Shown here: one piece after another, positions 51,661-64,000 of the stretch
Position numbering within the stretch: position 1 is the first letter of the stretch
Layout: each line of letters opens with the position of its first letter
Assembly: GCF_006345805.1 (NCBI RefSeq)
Contig: NC_042999.1
Coordinates: 77,190,001-77,254,000, forward strand
Source of the DNA: Octopus sinensis
Taxonomy: Eukaryota
DNA length: 64,000 nt
Direction of reading: 5' to 3'
The notes under the pieces: model-generated
What the model saw: only the letters and a program-made list of their open reading frames with translations
Databases searched by the model: none
Told to the model about the DNA's origin: nothing
Translations under genes and position numbers: made by a program

Positions 51661-52149
51661 TTGAGTATTATTTGAATAAGTAGGATGGAGATACCATGAA
51701 AACAACAGAATATAAAGATGGACAAAATGCTGCTAAGCATTTTACCCAACTTGCTAATGATTCTGCCAGCTCATTCCCTTGTATTCCTGTTAATATCTCC
51801 AGAAATTCAATGAAAGTATTGACTAGATCAACCTTGACCTTTCTCTTTGCAACATCAAAGAGGTTTTTGTTCATTTTGTGAGCCTTGCAAAACTCACAAA
51901 TGTGGGATTGTTCACTGCAGTGATTAATAATTAAGTTTAAGTCTTTGTTCCTGTACTAGAAATTGTTTGTTATTGAATGAGGGTGAGAATGTGTATAGAC
52001 ATTACTCATCAGAACATGCCCATATCAAAGTTCACACAAGTGTTTTTATTCTCTTTAGATACAGTTTTAATTTTTTAGCCATACAGCTAATTTATTTTTA
52101 TTGTCACTGTTTACAGTAGTTTTTCTGAGGAGCTTTCAGGAAACTAACT

Positions 52150-52450
52150 GTATTTTGTTTGTCAAAAGCATCCTGCTGAGAATTCAGTGCAGATGAGTAG
52201 GACATGTTGTTCAAAAATGATCACATTATGAAAATTCTTTCATATGGCCAACGAGTAGAAGGATACTGTGGTAAAGAAAGATCCATCCTTAAGTATAAGG
52301 ATAAATTGAAATAGTCACTAAGATCTCTACAGCATAATTTGACATTCTGGGAAAGTTATTGCCTAGATTGATCTGCATGGCATAAAATGTGTCTGATGCA
52401 TGAAAACTATTTGAGTTGAAGTAATAGAATTATATCCTGCAGTCAACAGA
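52150..52450 (+). mobile_element. Old RTE-type C-terminal remnant
   Basis: Degenerate GHVV..KILSYGQ..KYKDKLK..WHKMC motifs. Confidence 0.4.
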
Positions 52451-53886
52451 CACATTTGTCCAATCCCAGGCAAAATCAAAATCATCAGTTTCTCCATTGT
52501 AATTTCATAGCAAAATCTATACCTGGACTCAGATTACATTTATGCATCCATTACAAATAGATGCAGCTTCTTTTATTTTTAGACTTCTTTTGTTTTCTAA
52601 ATCCTTTCCTTCAAACACTCATATGTCAAAATTGATGTGAGTGGCCATTATTTATCACCATGTATTACATTAGTGATTTGCTTACACCAAAGTTATAAAT
52701 ATTGTTATTCTAAACATAAATGTACAACAGTTATTAATGGAGATGATAGCTATTTCTAATTGATGTTTAAATAAGATTCTGACTTGAGCAAATATGATTG
52801 TTTTTAGTGTTAGGAATGTTTTTATATTTCTCTTTTCTCTGTATGTTGAGATTTTTGTCTACTTTCATTGCCATTATGATTGTTTAGGCTTTACATGTTT
52901 ATTATTCAAATCAAGCAAAACATTAATTAACATTTCCTTACTTAACTGCATAAATGGCAAGCATATTATCAACTACTACATGATGTTTGTTTTAAACCAG
53001 TCTAAGTGTTGCATCAGTATTAAATGTAGTTTAATATGATGTAATATTTGCTCATTTTTTCTGTACTCTTATGGGTTTAATTACTTTACCACCTTCATTG
53101 TCCTCTTTCAATCTGATCCTACTTTTAGTTGTCACATACTTAAATAGATTTTTCTCTTTTCTCTCCTTGAGTTTTATGGCATTTTTTCATGGTTGGTTAT
53201 CTTAATCATTTATTTGAATCACTTGTTTGCTCACTTTTTATCATCTATTTTCCCTGTCATTCTTATATAATATTTTTCTTTCTTCTTTCGATCTTATTAG
53301 ATCTCCTCAGTGAAGCACATTCAGCTTGGGTGACAAAGCACTGATGTGATCACTATATATTGATAGAAAAGGATGAGCTCTGTCCATTGCTTTCACCAAT
53401 TGATTCTAAAGACAAGATCCACTCCCATCTGCACTATCTTAAATTTCCCAAAATTGTGATTAGGTGAAATTATTAGAGTTATTTCCCATGTTTTTTTTTT
53501 GTTTTTTTTATATTTTAGCACCTTTAGGAAGACTTTTGTCTACTAATTGCATGGATAATCTTGATTAATTGAATTTTTTCATCTCACTATAGTACACCCC
53601 CTACTGTATGTGTATTTAGTATGCAGAATGCTCCTTTGAGTTTTTTTATCTACTCAATCAAAATTCAATTGAGATCAACCTTTGGTAAAATAAGTATTTA
53701 TTAAGTACTACAGTTAATCTAATCAACTGTACATGTCTCCAAAATGTGTGATCTTCTACCAATGTTAGAAATTATTATTGTTATATTGATGGGTTGTGAG
53801 CTGGTAGAATTGTTAACATGTCAGGCAAAATGCTTAGTGGTTTTGCTTCAGGCTCTTTAGGTTCCAAGTTCAAATTCCACCGAAGT

Positions 53887-54270
53887 GGAAGCATTCCGTC
53901 GGTTACGACGACGAGGGTTCCGGTTGATCCGAATCAACAGAACAGCCTGCTCGTGAAATTAACGTGTAAGTGGCTGAGCACTCCACAGACACGTGTACCC
54001 TTAACGTAGTTCTCGGGGATATTCAGCGTGACACAGAGAGTGACAAGGCCGGCCCTTTGAAATACAGGTACAACAGAAACAGGAAGTAAGAGTGAGAGAA
54101 AGTTGTGGTGAAAGAGTACAGCAGGGATCACCATCATCCCCTGCCGTAGCCTCGTGGAGCTTTAGGTGTTTTCGCTCAATAAACACTCACAACGCCCAGT
54201 TTGGGAATCGAAACCGCGATCCTATGACCGCGAGTCCGCTGCCCTAACCACAGGGCCATTGCGCCTCCAC
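53887..54270 (-). mobile_element. Young tRNA-headed SINE (family C) nested in a family B SINE
   Basis: Minus head GGAGGCGCAATGGCCCTGTGGTTAGGGC..GGTTTCGATTCCC. 11-bp TSD TCCACCGAAGT at 53876-53886 and 54271-54281. The host SINE continues on both sides (about 53795-54410). Confidence 0.9.
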
Positions 54271-54683
54271 TCCACCGAAGTAAACTTTGCCTTTCATCCT
54301 TTTACAGGTCAATAAAGTAAAATCTCAATCAAGTACTGGAATCAGTGAAATTAACTAATATCTCCCCACTAAAAACCTAGTGGCCTTGTGCCAAAATTTG
54401 AAACCATTATTATACTGATGGGTGGTAGTTAGCAGAATTAGTAGAGAGCCAGATCAAATCCATTACAGTATTCTGACCATTTCTGTCAGTAAATATATCT
54501 ATGTGTGTGTGTCTTTGTGTCTGTGTTTGTTCCCCACCCCACCACTTGACAACCGGTGTTGGTTTATTTGCAACCCTGTAACATACTGGTTTTTACATTA
54601 TTTCAAGTGACACTTTTTTTCAATTAGAAACTCAGATATAATATACAGTTCTTGTAGCACTGATTAATTCTTGTATGAAATAG

Positions 54684-54915
54684 ATTTCTTTATTGCCCAC
54701 AAAGGGCTAAACATAGAGGGGACAAACAAGGACAGACAAAGGGATTAAGTCGATTACATCGACCCCAGTGCGAAACTGGTACTTTATTTATCGACCCTGA
54801 AAGGATGAAAGGCAAAGTCGACCTCGGCGGAATTTGAACTCAGAACATAACGACAGACGAAATACCACTAAGCATTTCGCCTGGCACGCTAACGTGTCTG
54901 CCAGCTCACCGCCTT
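54684..54915 (-). mobile_element. Family B SINE, CpG-rich young copy
   Basis: Reverse complement of the 50031 unit with most CpGs retained. Confidence 0.9.
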
Positions 54916-55574
54916 CAGCACTTTTGGAGCTTCCATCGATATTTTGAAACCATGGTTATTTTGATTGTTGGAAGTTTATAGAGAACTATGGAATACATCA
55001 TTTCTTTTGAAATTGTATTTAATATCACATAATAGATAATTTCTTCAATTTCATTCCATAAGTTTTCAGTCAGTTGTTTTAGAAGTAATGTTAATGTTGT
55101 GTGTATAATAGATTTTAGCTTCAAATTTTAATATAGTTTTAGTATTACATATATAAATGGTAGTAGAATAACATTATAGATAAGCTGTATATAGGGCACA
55201 GCCATGGCTTTGTGATAAGAAGTTTGCTTTCCAACCACATGGTTTCAGGTTCAGTCCCATTGTGTGGCACTTGGCCAATTGTTTTCTGCTATACCCTCAG
55301 GCCAACCAAAGCCTTGAGAGTGGATTTGGTAGACGAAAACTGAAGGAAGCCCATTGTAAATATATCTGTGTGTGTCTTTGTTTGTTCCCCACCCCACCAC
55401 TTGACAACCGGTGTTGGTTTGTTTACATCCCTGTAACATACTGGTTTTGCAAAAGAGACCAATAGAATAAGTTCCAAGCTTCCAAAAAAGCACAGGAGTC
55501 AATTTATTTGACTAAAAACTCTTCAAGGCAGTGCCCCAGCATGGCCACAGTCTAATGACTAAAACAAGTAAAAT

Positions 55575-56197
55575 ATAATAATAATAATAATGAAATTATT
55601 GTATCCAGTGCTTAGGTGCACCACAACTTGTCAAAAGTGCGTATAAAGCATATGCAGTAATGTACAAATGTCTGGGAAGTGAACAGTGTATGAGTCAGAT
55701 ACATGCTTGCGTGTGTATGGAGGGGAGAAAATCAGGTGTAGTGTTGACAAATATTGAAGGATGCAGTGCTCTGACAACTAACAACTGATGCTGGCAGTTT
55801 GCTCCATACTTCCGCAACTCTTAGAGTGAAAAAATATTTCCGAAAGTCATGGGAGCTGTGCTGCTTTCTGACTTTGTAAACATGTCCATGGGTTTTAGAC
55901 AGGTGGAGTTTGAAAAGGTGCTCAGAGTTATTGTTAGTAAGATGGTTAATAATTTTATGGGTGTCTGCCAAGTCAGCTGCCAGAAGTTGGAGTTTCAATG
56001 TATCCATGCCCAGGGAAGTAAGGTGTTCAGAATATGGCAAATGCCTGATGGAGGGTATTCTCTTAGTTGCACGTCGCTGAATGGTTTCCAGACGATTAAT
56101 ATCCTGGGCAAGATAGGGGTTCCAGACTGGTGATGCAAATTCCAGGTGAGGCCACACCATAGCTATATTAAGCCTCAGATAGATAGCCGGAGAGCAG
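55575..56197 (-). mobile_element. 5'-truncated CR1-clade LINE, related to 6175-7070, with a longer 3'UTR
   Basis: AMVWPHLEFASPVWNPYLAQDI..THGHVYKVRKQHSSHDFRK..WSKLP and (TAA)n tail. A short 3' fragment of the family also lies at 58535-58625 (+). Confidence 0.9.
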
Positions 56198-59100
56198 AAA
56201 TGTAACATTCCAATAAAAAGAAAAAAAAAATTTTCAAAAATCTCCCAGTGATTTAACATCTGCACCTTAGCATAAGTAATTGTTTTCTGCAAGACATGGT
56301 CATCATAAAATTCAACTTTCAAAAAAAGACCATTACATTTCTGTCATCTGTGATATTATTTTGTTACGATCTTTATATACAACACTATGCCTTGGCATTC
56401 CTTCTTTCCCTTCTCTGTGAATGTTGCCATCTCCTCCACCAATCACCTGCAACTCCAATCACTATAACTCCTCCTCCTGCATCCCATATTTCAATTTTCT
56501 TTCTCATTCACTGTCTTTCTCTCTTTCTCTCTTCCCTACCATCTCTCTGCTATATATTTTTTTGTGACAAATGGCCCAACTAAGGGACCAACACAGAATG
56601 CATATTATATACATAGATACATGTAATATTTTTACTTAATATAATGATTTAATATTAAAAAAAGTAAAGTGGGCGAGCTGGCAGAATCATTAGCATGCCA
56701 GGCTAAATGCTTAGCAGCATTTCGTCTGTCTTTATGTTCTGAGTTCAAATTCCATGAAGATCAACTTTAACCTTCCATCCTTTTGGGGTCGATAAAACAA
56801 GTACCAGTTGAGCACTGGGTTGATGTAATAGACTTGCCCCACCCCTGCACTTGCTGGCCTTGTACCAAAATTTGATACCAATTTTAGAAAATGTAAATGT
56901 TACTTCATTTAGTGAGTCTATTTTGACTTCACCAACATTTTAATGTTTGGATTTGAATTACTAAAAATAGCAAAAAAATTCTTCAGATTCAGTCGATCAT
57001 GACTTCATTTTGTTTTTTGGGGATGAAAGCATTAACTCACATATGTTTATTATTTCAAAATGTTTGATGTAACTCTGGACAAATTTTCTTCGTTTTGAAC
57101 AATGTTTACAAAGTAATAATGATCAATAGAAATTGTGTTAACAATATTTGGAATTGAGAGAGGCTCAATAATGACTTTGTTTCAAGTTAATAAGTTTCAT
57201 TTGTATGTTACTATGCATTTTTATGTTTTTATTCTTAACTATTTTTTGACTAAGTGCAAATAAGTTTATAAAAGCAAGTATGGAATCTTCTTTGTCAGTA
57301 AAATTGTGAAAATGACTCATACAATAATCTGGGTTTGTTTCATTTTCAACATATTTTGTAAAATTACTATTGTCACTTAGTTCTTTAAAGTGCAGAAACT
57401 GGTTCAAATTTTCATTTTCTAGCTGAAAAGTTTGAATTTCATCTGGAATGCATTGATATCATTTACTAAGCTAGGAAACAATTTTTCTCTTGTCCTACAA
57501 TTAGATCATTTGGCTGAATAGTTACATAATCTAAAAATGCTAAATCAAATAGCCATTTATTATCACTTAAAAGGGCTGTTTTTTTCTACAGGCAGCATAT
57601 TTTTCCCTTCTAGGAAATTTCAAACAGTATTTTTCAATTTCCTAAATTTACCCTGAATCCATCTTCTTGAAACCCAGCATGCTTCACAATGGAGTGCTAA
57701 AGTTTGAAACCAATATTTTGCAATTTCTCTGAATTCTTATCTATTTAAAGTTCTTGCATTAATTTTATTTATGCTTTTCCAAGTATTCACATAATATGCT
57801 GCAAGTTTAAAGTTTTTCTGCACAGTAACTATTGGTGTATATTGCAGCAATACTTTAGTACCTTGGTTCCCAAACTTTTTCAAAATTTTCATCCTATGGA
57901 CCCCCACCCCAAAATGAAAAAAATCAGAGAAGACAAACAAAGCAAAAAGATCTTGTATAAAGTAATATTTCATGAGGTAAAATTTTACTGATAAAATAAA
58001 AAATTTCAACGAGAGGGGTGAACTTGTTTGGTCTGTATTAAGCTGTGTTTTTGATAATGCAACCCCTCATGTTATGTGCAACATCCAGTTTATTGCGAGC
58101 CTTTGTTTTAATTGCGAGTAAAGTTGCAAAAACCATCTCACATTCATATGCCACCATTTCTGCTCTGAGATTAAAAACTAGTTCTGGGTTCAGTCTCATT
58201 GCATGGCACTCTGGGCAAGTGTTTTAACTATAGCCTCAGGCCAACCAAAGCCATGTGAATGGATTTGGTTGACAGAAACTGAAAGACACCCATTGTATAT
58301 AATATATATGTTTGTGCATGTGTGTGTCTTTGTGTCTGTGTTTATCCGCTATCACCACTCAACAACTGATGTTGGTTTGTTTATGTCCCTCCAACTTAGC
58401 AGTTTGGCAAAGGAGATCAGCAAAATAAGTACCAGGTTTGTAAAAAGTACTGGGGTCCATTTGTTTGGCTGGATTTCTTCAAGGTGGTTCCCTAGCATGA
58501 CAAACAAGTAAAAGTTATCTTAGTCTCACAGTGAAAGATTTTTTCATACACTGTTCACTTTCCTGACTTTTGTACTTAATTCTATGTACTGTACATGTAG
58601 TGCACCTGAGCACTATACACAATAAACCTATTGTAAACCTTTGTGAATTTTTATACTTTCTTATCTTTGTTATAATTTCATTTCATTGTCTTTTGCAGTT
58701 GAGTCGGGTATTCAGTACAAGAGCATTTTCAGATTACCTTCTTAGCGCTTCTGCAAACATATGTCAGTTATATAGTGCTCCCACTTTTTAAACTGGTTAT
58801 TTGAACTTACTCCTTGTATTTATCTATATTACATAGATGTGTCAGTGATATTTAAGTACCATAGTCATAGTCGTGATACAAGGAATCAACTGTTTAACTT
58901 ATGGGCTTTTTTTTTTACAGCATATCCACTTGCGGGGCTATGATTCTCACATCTACATCGTTTAGATTCTTTTATTTTTTACTTGTTTCAGTCATTAGAC
59001 TGTGGCCATGCTGGAGCACTGTCTCAAAGAATTTTAGTCGAATGAATTAACCCCAGTACTTATTTTTTTAAAGCCTGGTTTATTCTATCGGTCTCTTTTG

Positions 59101-62100
59101 CCAAACTGATAAGTCACGAGGGCATAAACACACCAACACCAGTTGTTACATAGTGGTGGGGACAAACACAGTCACAAAGATACACACACATATACACATG
59201 CACATATACGACAGGCTTCTTTCAGTTTCTGAGTACCAAATCCACTCACAAGGCTTTTGTGTGCCCAAGGCTCTAGTAGAAGACACTTGCCTGAGACACC
59301 ATGCAGTGGGACTGAACCCAGAAGCATGTAGTTGGGAAGCAAGCTTCTTACCACAAAGCCAAGCCTGCGTTGTTTTCAAAACCTAATTAACTTGTCGGTT
59401 TTTTTGTTGTATTCCTTTGTTAATTATTTGTCTTCAGTCTGTTGCATCAAGTTAGAGCTTATCCTGGTTGCTATGGTGTACAAGTGATCAATAGCACAAT
59501 ACTACCCCACCTCCTGAAACAAATGCCAGTTTATTATTTATAACAAATTACAGAAACCTTATGTTATTTTGTAATCGCAAGAAATGTGACAGTGTTTAGT
59601 TTACATATGGCATAAGCTACTTTAAAACAACAATTAATATTTAATTTCTGTTGAGATTTATCTACCTGTGTACTAATATCTGTTGTAACTGCTTCTCAGA
59701 TTGAGTACTAGCGAATTAGTTTTTTTTTTTTTGGGGGGTGGGGGGTTATCTGAACTCAACTGAATAGCTTGGTTTAAATTCATGTAATTGAGCTGATTAG
59801 TTTAGCATGCAGCTGAAATAAGGTTAAAAGCTTAAGCTTAGTTAATCTTTATTATCATAGTTGTTGTTATTTATTGATATGATTGAAAATGTATGAAAAT
59901 TGTAATCTCTTTAATTAACATTAATATATATAATTGCTCTGAGTATTTTAATCTAGCATATTATGACATAAAAGTATAAAAAAAAAACCATAAGTTAAAC
60001 AGTTGATTCCTTGTATCATGACTATATAGATGTTTAGGGTCAGGTCTTAATTAAGCAATCTTAATGAATATTTCAATTCTTGATTTCTTGGAAGTTTTAT
60101 ATCATTGTTATTGCAATAAAACTAAGATTCCATGTACCAATTTTTCCCCTTCTTTTTTTTTTATTGAGTAAACAAAATCATATTGACAGGCCACAGGCAT
60201 AGCTGTATGATTTAGAAGTTCACTTCATAATCAATTGGTTCCTTATTTGATCTTGCTGCATGGCTCCTTAAGCAAGTATCCCCCACTCATCTTTGATCTG
60301 AATAAAGCTCAAAGCAAAATTTGGTAGATGGAAGGTTTAGGGAAGTCTATAGAGTATGTGTGTGTATACACACACATCTAAATTGATTCTCAAAAGTGTT
60401 TAGCAATGCACTATGGTCATTTTGTCTATCATACTTATTGTGTGTGTATGTAATGTATATAGAAGAATTGATGTGTCAAACAAAATTATCTTATGGTATC
60501 TCATTCCACTACCCATGTCCATTTTGGCTTTCTTTCTTCCCTTCTTTTGTTCTTATTTGAAAAAAGAAGTACCAGAAAAAGTACTTCAGTTGATAAAATC
60601 AACTAAAACCCTTGAAACCAGTGCCTCAATCAAGGACATTTATGAAATGAATTCAACAGAAGTTGAAACCTTATGATGATTCTTTACTGTTTACGCTACG
60701 GGACATGTCATTGAGTAATTAGATAACTTCCAGCCTGTTTAATTACTGAATTATAAATGAATGAATTATTAATCTTAATTTAGCACAAGACTTTTAAGTT
60801 ATGAGTGAAGGGGAAGCTTTACAGTTGATCTGAGAGAAGATTAATGATTCTGTCCCAATTACTCATACTAACTATTCAATAATATGTTTTGGGAACTTTG
60901 TTATTGGTAGCTCTGTAGAAGCAATTGGTATTCAAACCATCAGATCTGAAAAGTTAATTGTAATTTAATCATCCCCCAAAATTTTTAGCTACAGAAGTTA
61001 ATTGATGAAATTTCACTGGTTTTTTATTAATGTTTTTAAGCATGTGTTAAGGAGTGTGTTAAATAGATTATCACAATTCCATCAAATCACACCCTAAAAG
61101 TTTTTTTTATCTTCAAAAATTCAACTAATGAATTCTAAAACAGAAAATCATCCCTTTCTAAGACCAGTAAATTTGGATAAATTTTCTGAAACAACAAATT
61201 TGATGTTTTGATTTCTGTAATGTTAACAATTTTATATCTACAAACAAAAGCATATATGCATACATTTCCTGTCTTTCAGTGTAAAAGAAAAATTTCTTCT
61301 GAATCAGCTAACAACTATTAGATATAGTCTGAACATTTACATATTTAGTACTGATATTTTAGCTACTAAATTCTGTTCCTTCTATATTTTGTAACCAGCA
61401 ATATAACTGAAGTTTAGTAAATTATAGTTTGAGTTCAACTGCCTCTGGCACTACACTGGGAACCTGGTAAAGATACTTAAATCTTTTTACCAGTGTACAT
61501 CATTTTGAATAGACAGTTCACTGCTTTGAGCAACAGATGCATTGTCTAAGTGTTATCTGTAAAGTTCATATCTTTCCTTGGGTTCCAGAGAAAGCAAGTA
61601 TATTCTCTTGAATCTGTTTCAAAAAGACAATCTCCAGTGATGTCCCAATAACCCAAAACAGTCACAGGACATAACCTACATATATGTAATGATATAATGG
61701 ACAAGTGGTTAAATTTCTAGATTACTGATTTTCTATCCCTTCCCCAAAAATGGATTAATTCTACTATCTGCAAAGCACTATACACTGCATGTGTCTATTT
61801 ATCTCAATTAACTTGACTGAAAAATTATTACTTCTCTAATTGTATAGTTAGGGTGGCCATTTATAAAATAAGACATCTGCAGCAAAGCAATTTTGCTAAA
61901 TTTGTCAGAACCATCTGTGTACGTGTGTGTCTTTGTGTTTGTCACGTCACCACCACTTGACAACTGATGTTGGTTTGTTTACACCTCAGTAACTTAATTG
62001 TTCGACAAAAGAAATCAATAGAATAAGAACAAGCGTACTAGGGTTGGTTCAGTAAAATCCTTCAAAGTGGTACCCCAACATTGCTGCAGTCAAATGACTG

Positions 62101-63230
62101 GAACAAGTAAAAGATAAATCTTAGAGTAATAAGATGCCAAGTTAACAAATAAGGTTTGAACCAAAAAAGCATATGTGCTGTTACCACTGTGCTAACCTGT
62201 CCCAATCCACTTGAATCTAACTGTGGAAAATAGATGTTTTCATTCTGTCTGCACTCTTCAGCTAAGGCTTTCAATTAGATAACCAGATTTATTTACATTA
62301 TGCATATTTTAAGTATTCTGATCTATGCCGTGTTCTGCATAAATATGCACCAGATGAAAAACTGTTTGAGAGAGTAAAATAGGATTGAATAATGTAGTTA
62401 TATGCTGAAATCATTTTGTAGAAGTGAAATTTAGGTCATGAATTCCTATCTAGTTGCTTCAGCTTACAAGCTATAGAAAACAACCATAATGAATGACTCA
62501 CAAGATACTTTGTCTTTAAAATAATAAATAATGTTCCAGAAAATCAGCTTATATCTCATAAAGTCAGTGTTTGAGTTACTGGCAAGTGATGGCTCAAGAA
62601 AACACTGGCCAAAACTGAAGTGTGTTGCTTGAAGCCATTGAATATAGTAATTTCTTTGGATATACTGGCTGCAAAAAACTGATCTCCTATCAAAGAATTG
62701 TTTTCATTCACTAGGTTTTTTTTTTTATATTTGTCCTTTGCAGTTCTACCGATTTTCCTAATTTTGATATTTTTTTTTTTGCCATACAAGACCCCAAACA
62801 AAGGAGTTTCTGCATTAGCAATCTCCAGTCTTTTCTCATTGTGACCCATCAGTTATCTTCCATGACTGTTTTTAAATATTTATTTAAATATAATTCTCCA
62901 GAAATACCATGACAGCAATCCAAGTAAAACCAGTAAAAAAAAAAAGTGTAGTGTGCATTTGGTTCTTTTCTTGGGGAAATATTCCTCAGTTTTTGTCATA
63001 AATGTGGGTTATTCATGAACATTTTATATTTTGTCACATATTTCAAAAGATGAGGTTTTGTCTTCATAACTAATAGGTTGGAAATTGCTGCTCTACATAT
63101 TCACTTGACATGCTAGAAATAACAACCAAATCTCCCTCAAAAGTGCATTGTAACCATCTTAAAGAAAGAACATGGATAATGTAGTACTACATATTCATAA
63201 AAACATTGGATGTACACAATTGAAATTCTT

Positions 63231-63459
63231 TTAACCCTTTAGTATTTGAACTGACCCATATCCAACCCAAATATTCTACATGCTTTATGTTAAAACCAGC
63301 CAGATCAAACCTCTCACACCTGCCCTACAATGTCATTCTAAAAATAAACAATCACATCATTGAAATTTCAAAACCACAAGATAATGCATGGTTAATACAA
63401 AACAATGTGAAGAAATAAGCATTATATTTGACAGGGTAATCTGAATGTTAAAGGGTTAA
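63231..63459 (+). mobile_element. TTAA-flanked piggyBac-like MITE, family 1 (diverged)
   Basis: TTAA|CCCTTTAG ... TAAAGGG|TTAA; colinear with 24750-24976 but with many substitutions. Confidence 0.8.
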
Positions 63460-64000
63460 TTAGGGCTATAGAACACAGCTCAGTTAGAGCTATCTTGAGG
63501 TTAAACAACTACAACCAGTCTTCAAGGAAGAGTTGTGATAAAAAAAATCAACCCCAATGAATTATTGGCATTTATTTAATCATCTTCATAGGAATGAAAG
63601 GCAAAGTTGGTTATGTTGACTTTGTGAGTTAAGATTAAACACTGTGAAGTATTTAGTCATAAACTGTGCCACTTCTGCCAACTTGCTGCCCTCATTCTTG
63701 CTAATATTGACTAGTAGCTACTTGACTAATAGGATTTACTGCACTTCTTAGATATATTTCAGTCTGTTCATCACATTAATTCATGCATCAGTTATCTATT
63801 GCAGCTCATTGTGTTTTTAATTATTGCATCAATCAATTAGAAGGTGAGGGACAAAAATTAGAAAGCTATATCTATTGAAAGTAGGATCAACAAGAAATAA
63901 TTAAGAGACTGTCATTTTTAAATTACTTCTTTGATACTTTTGCACTTGAATGAACTATATTTTATTATCGCAATATTATAACTTTCTAATTTAGACACAA

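Noticed and set aside
54170-54270. tRNA-like sequence (also heads at 7560-7627 and 42965-43030)
   Set aside because: A/B boxes run into SINE bodies with TSDs; no complete cloverleaf, so these are not tRNA genes
60413-60676. 87-aa ORF with hydrophobic stretches
   Set aside because: No recognisable motif; AT-rich low-complexity composition; lies beside a degenerate SINE
62556-62849. 97-aa minus-strand ORF
   Set aside because: Lys/Asn runs come from poly-T tracts; no recognisable domain
1-64000. CRISPR arrays, rRNA, snRNA, operons, telomeric arrays
   Set aside because: None seen; the recurring repeats are dispersed eukaryotic TEs or microsatellites without repeat-spacer periodicity

Overview
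AT-rich eukaryotic DNA, not prokaryotic. The repeat families (tRNA-headed SINEs, RTE LINEs with (GAT)n tails, CR1-type LINEs) look like those of an Octopus genome; the species assignment is my inference. One complete gene can be read by hand: SF3B6 (U2 snRNP p14) on the minus strand, with 4 coding exons at 40144-40121, 34861-34743, 30435-30297 and 27579-27487, encoding 124 aa with all introns GT-AG. Head-to-head with it, 388 bp away in a CpG-retaining zone, is the first coding exon of an unidentified plus-strand gene (40533-40584, MSVPSKDDEMFSPESPK). I could not find its next exon in the remaining 23 kb. An orphan exon candidate with tandem donors lies at 4324-4374. Almost everything else is transposon-derived or simple repeat: a full-length Tc1 with perfect TIRs, hAT and Helitron remnants, RTE/CR1/Tx1-like LINE pieces, TTAA-flanked MITEs and several SINE families. 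The most unusual structures are a 64-bp-stem fold-back hairpin built around a tiny RTE tail (8938-9085), a ~49-bp long-range inverted repeat covering a branch-point/polyU/AG acceptor (58867-60025), and a (TA)n-flanked Penelope-like piece with a hammerhead-like stem (13705-13970). I found no clear-cut new multi-gene system. SINE family letters A/B/C/G are my own labels. All counts and alignments were done by eye, and repeat boundaries are approximate unless TIRs or TSDs are given.
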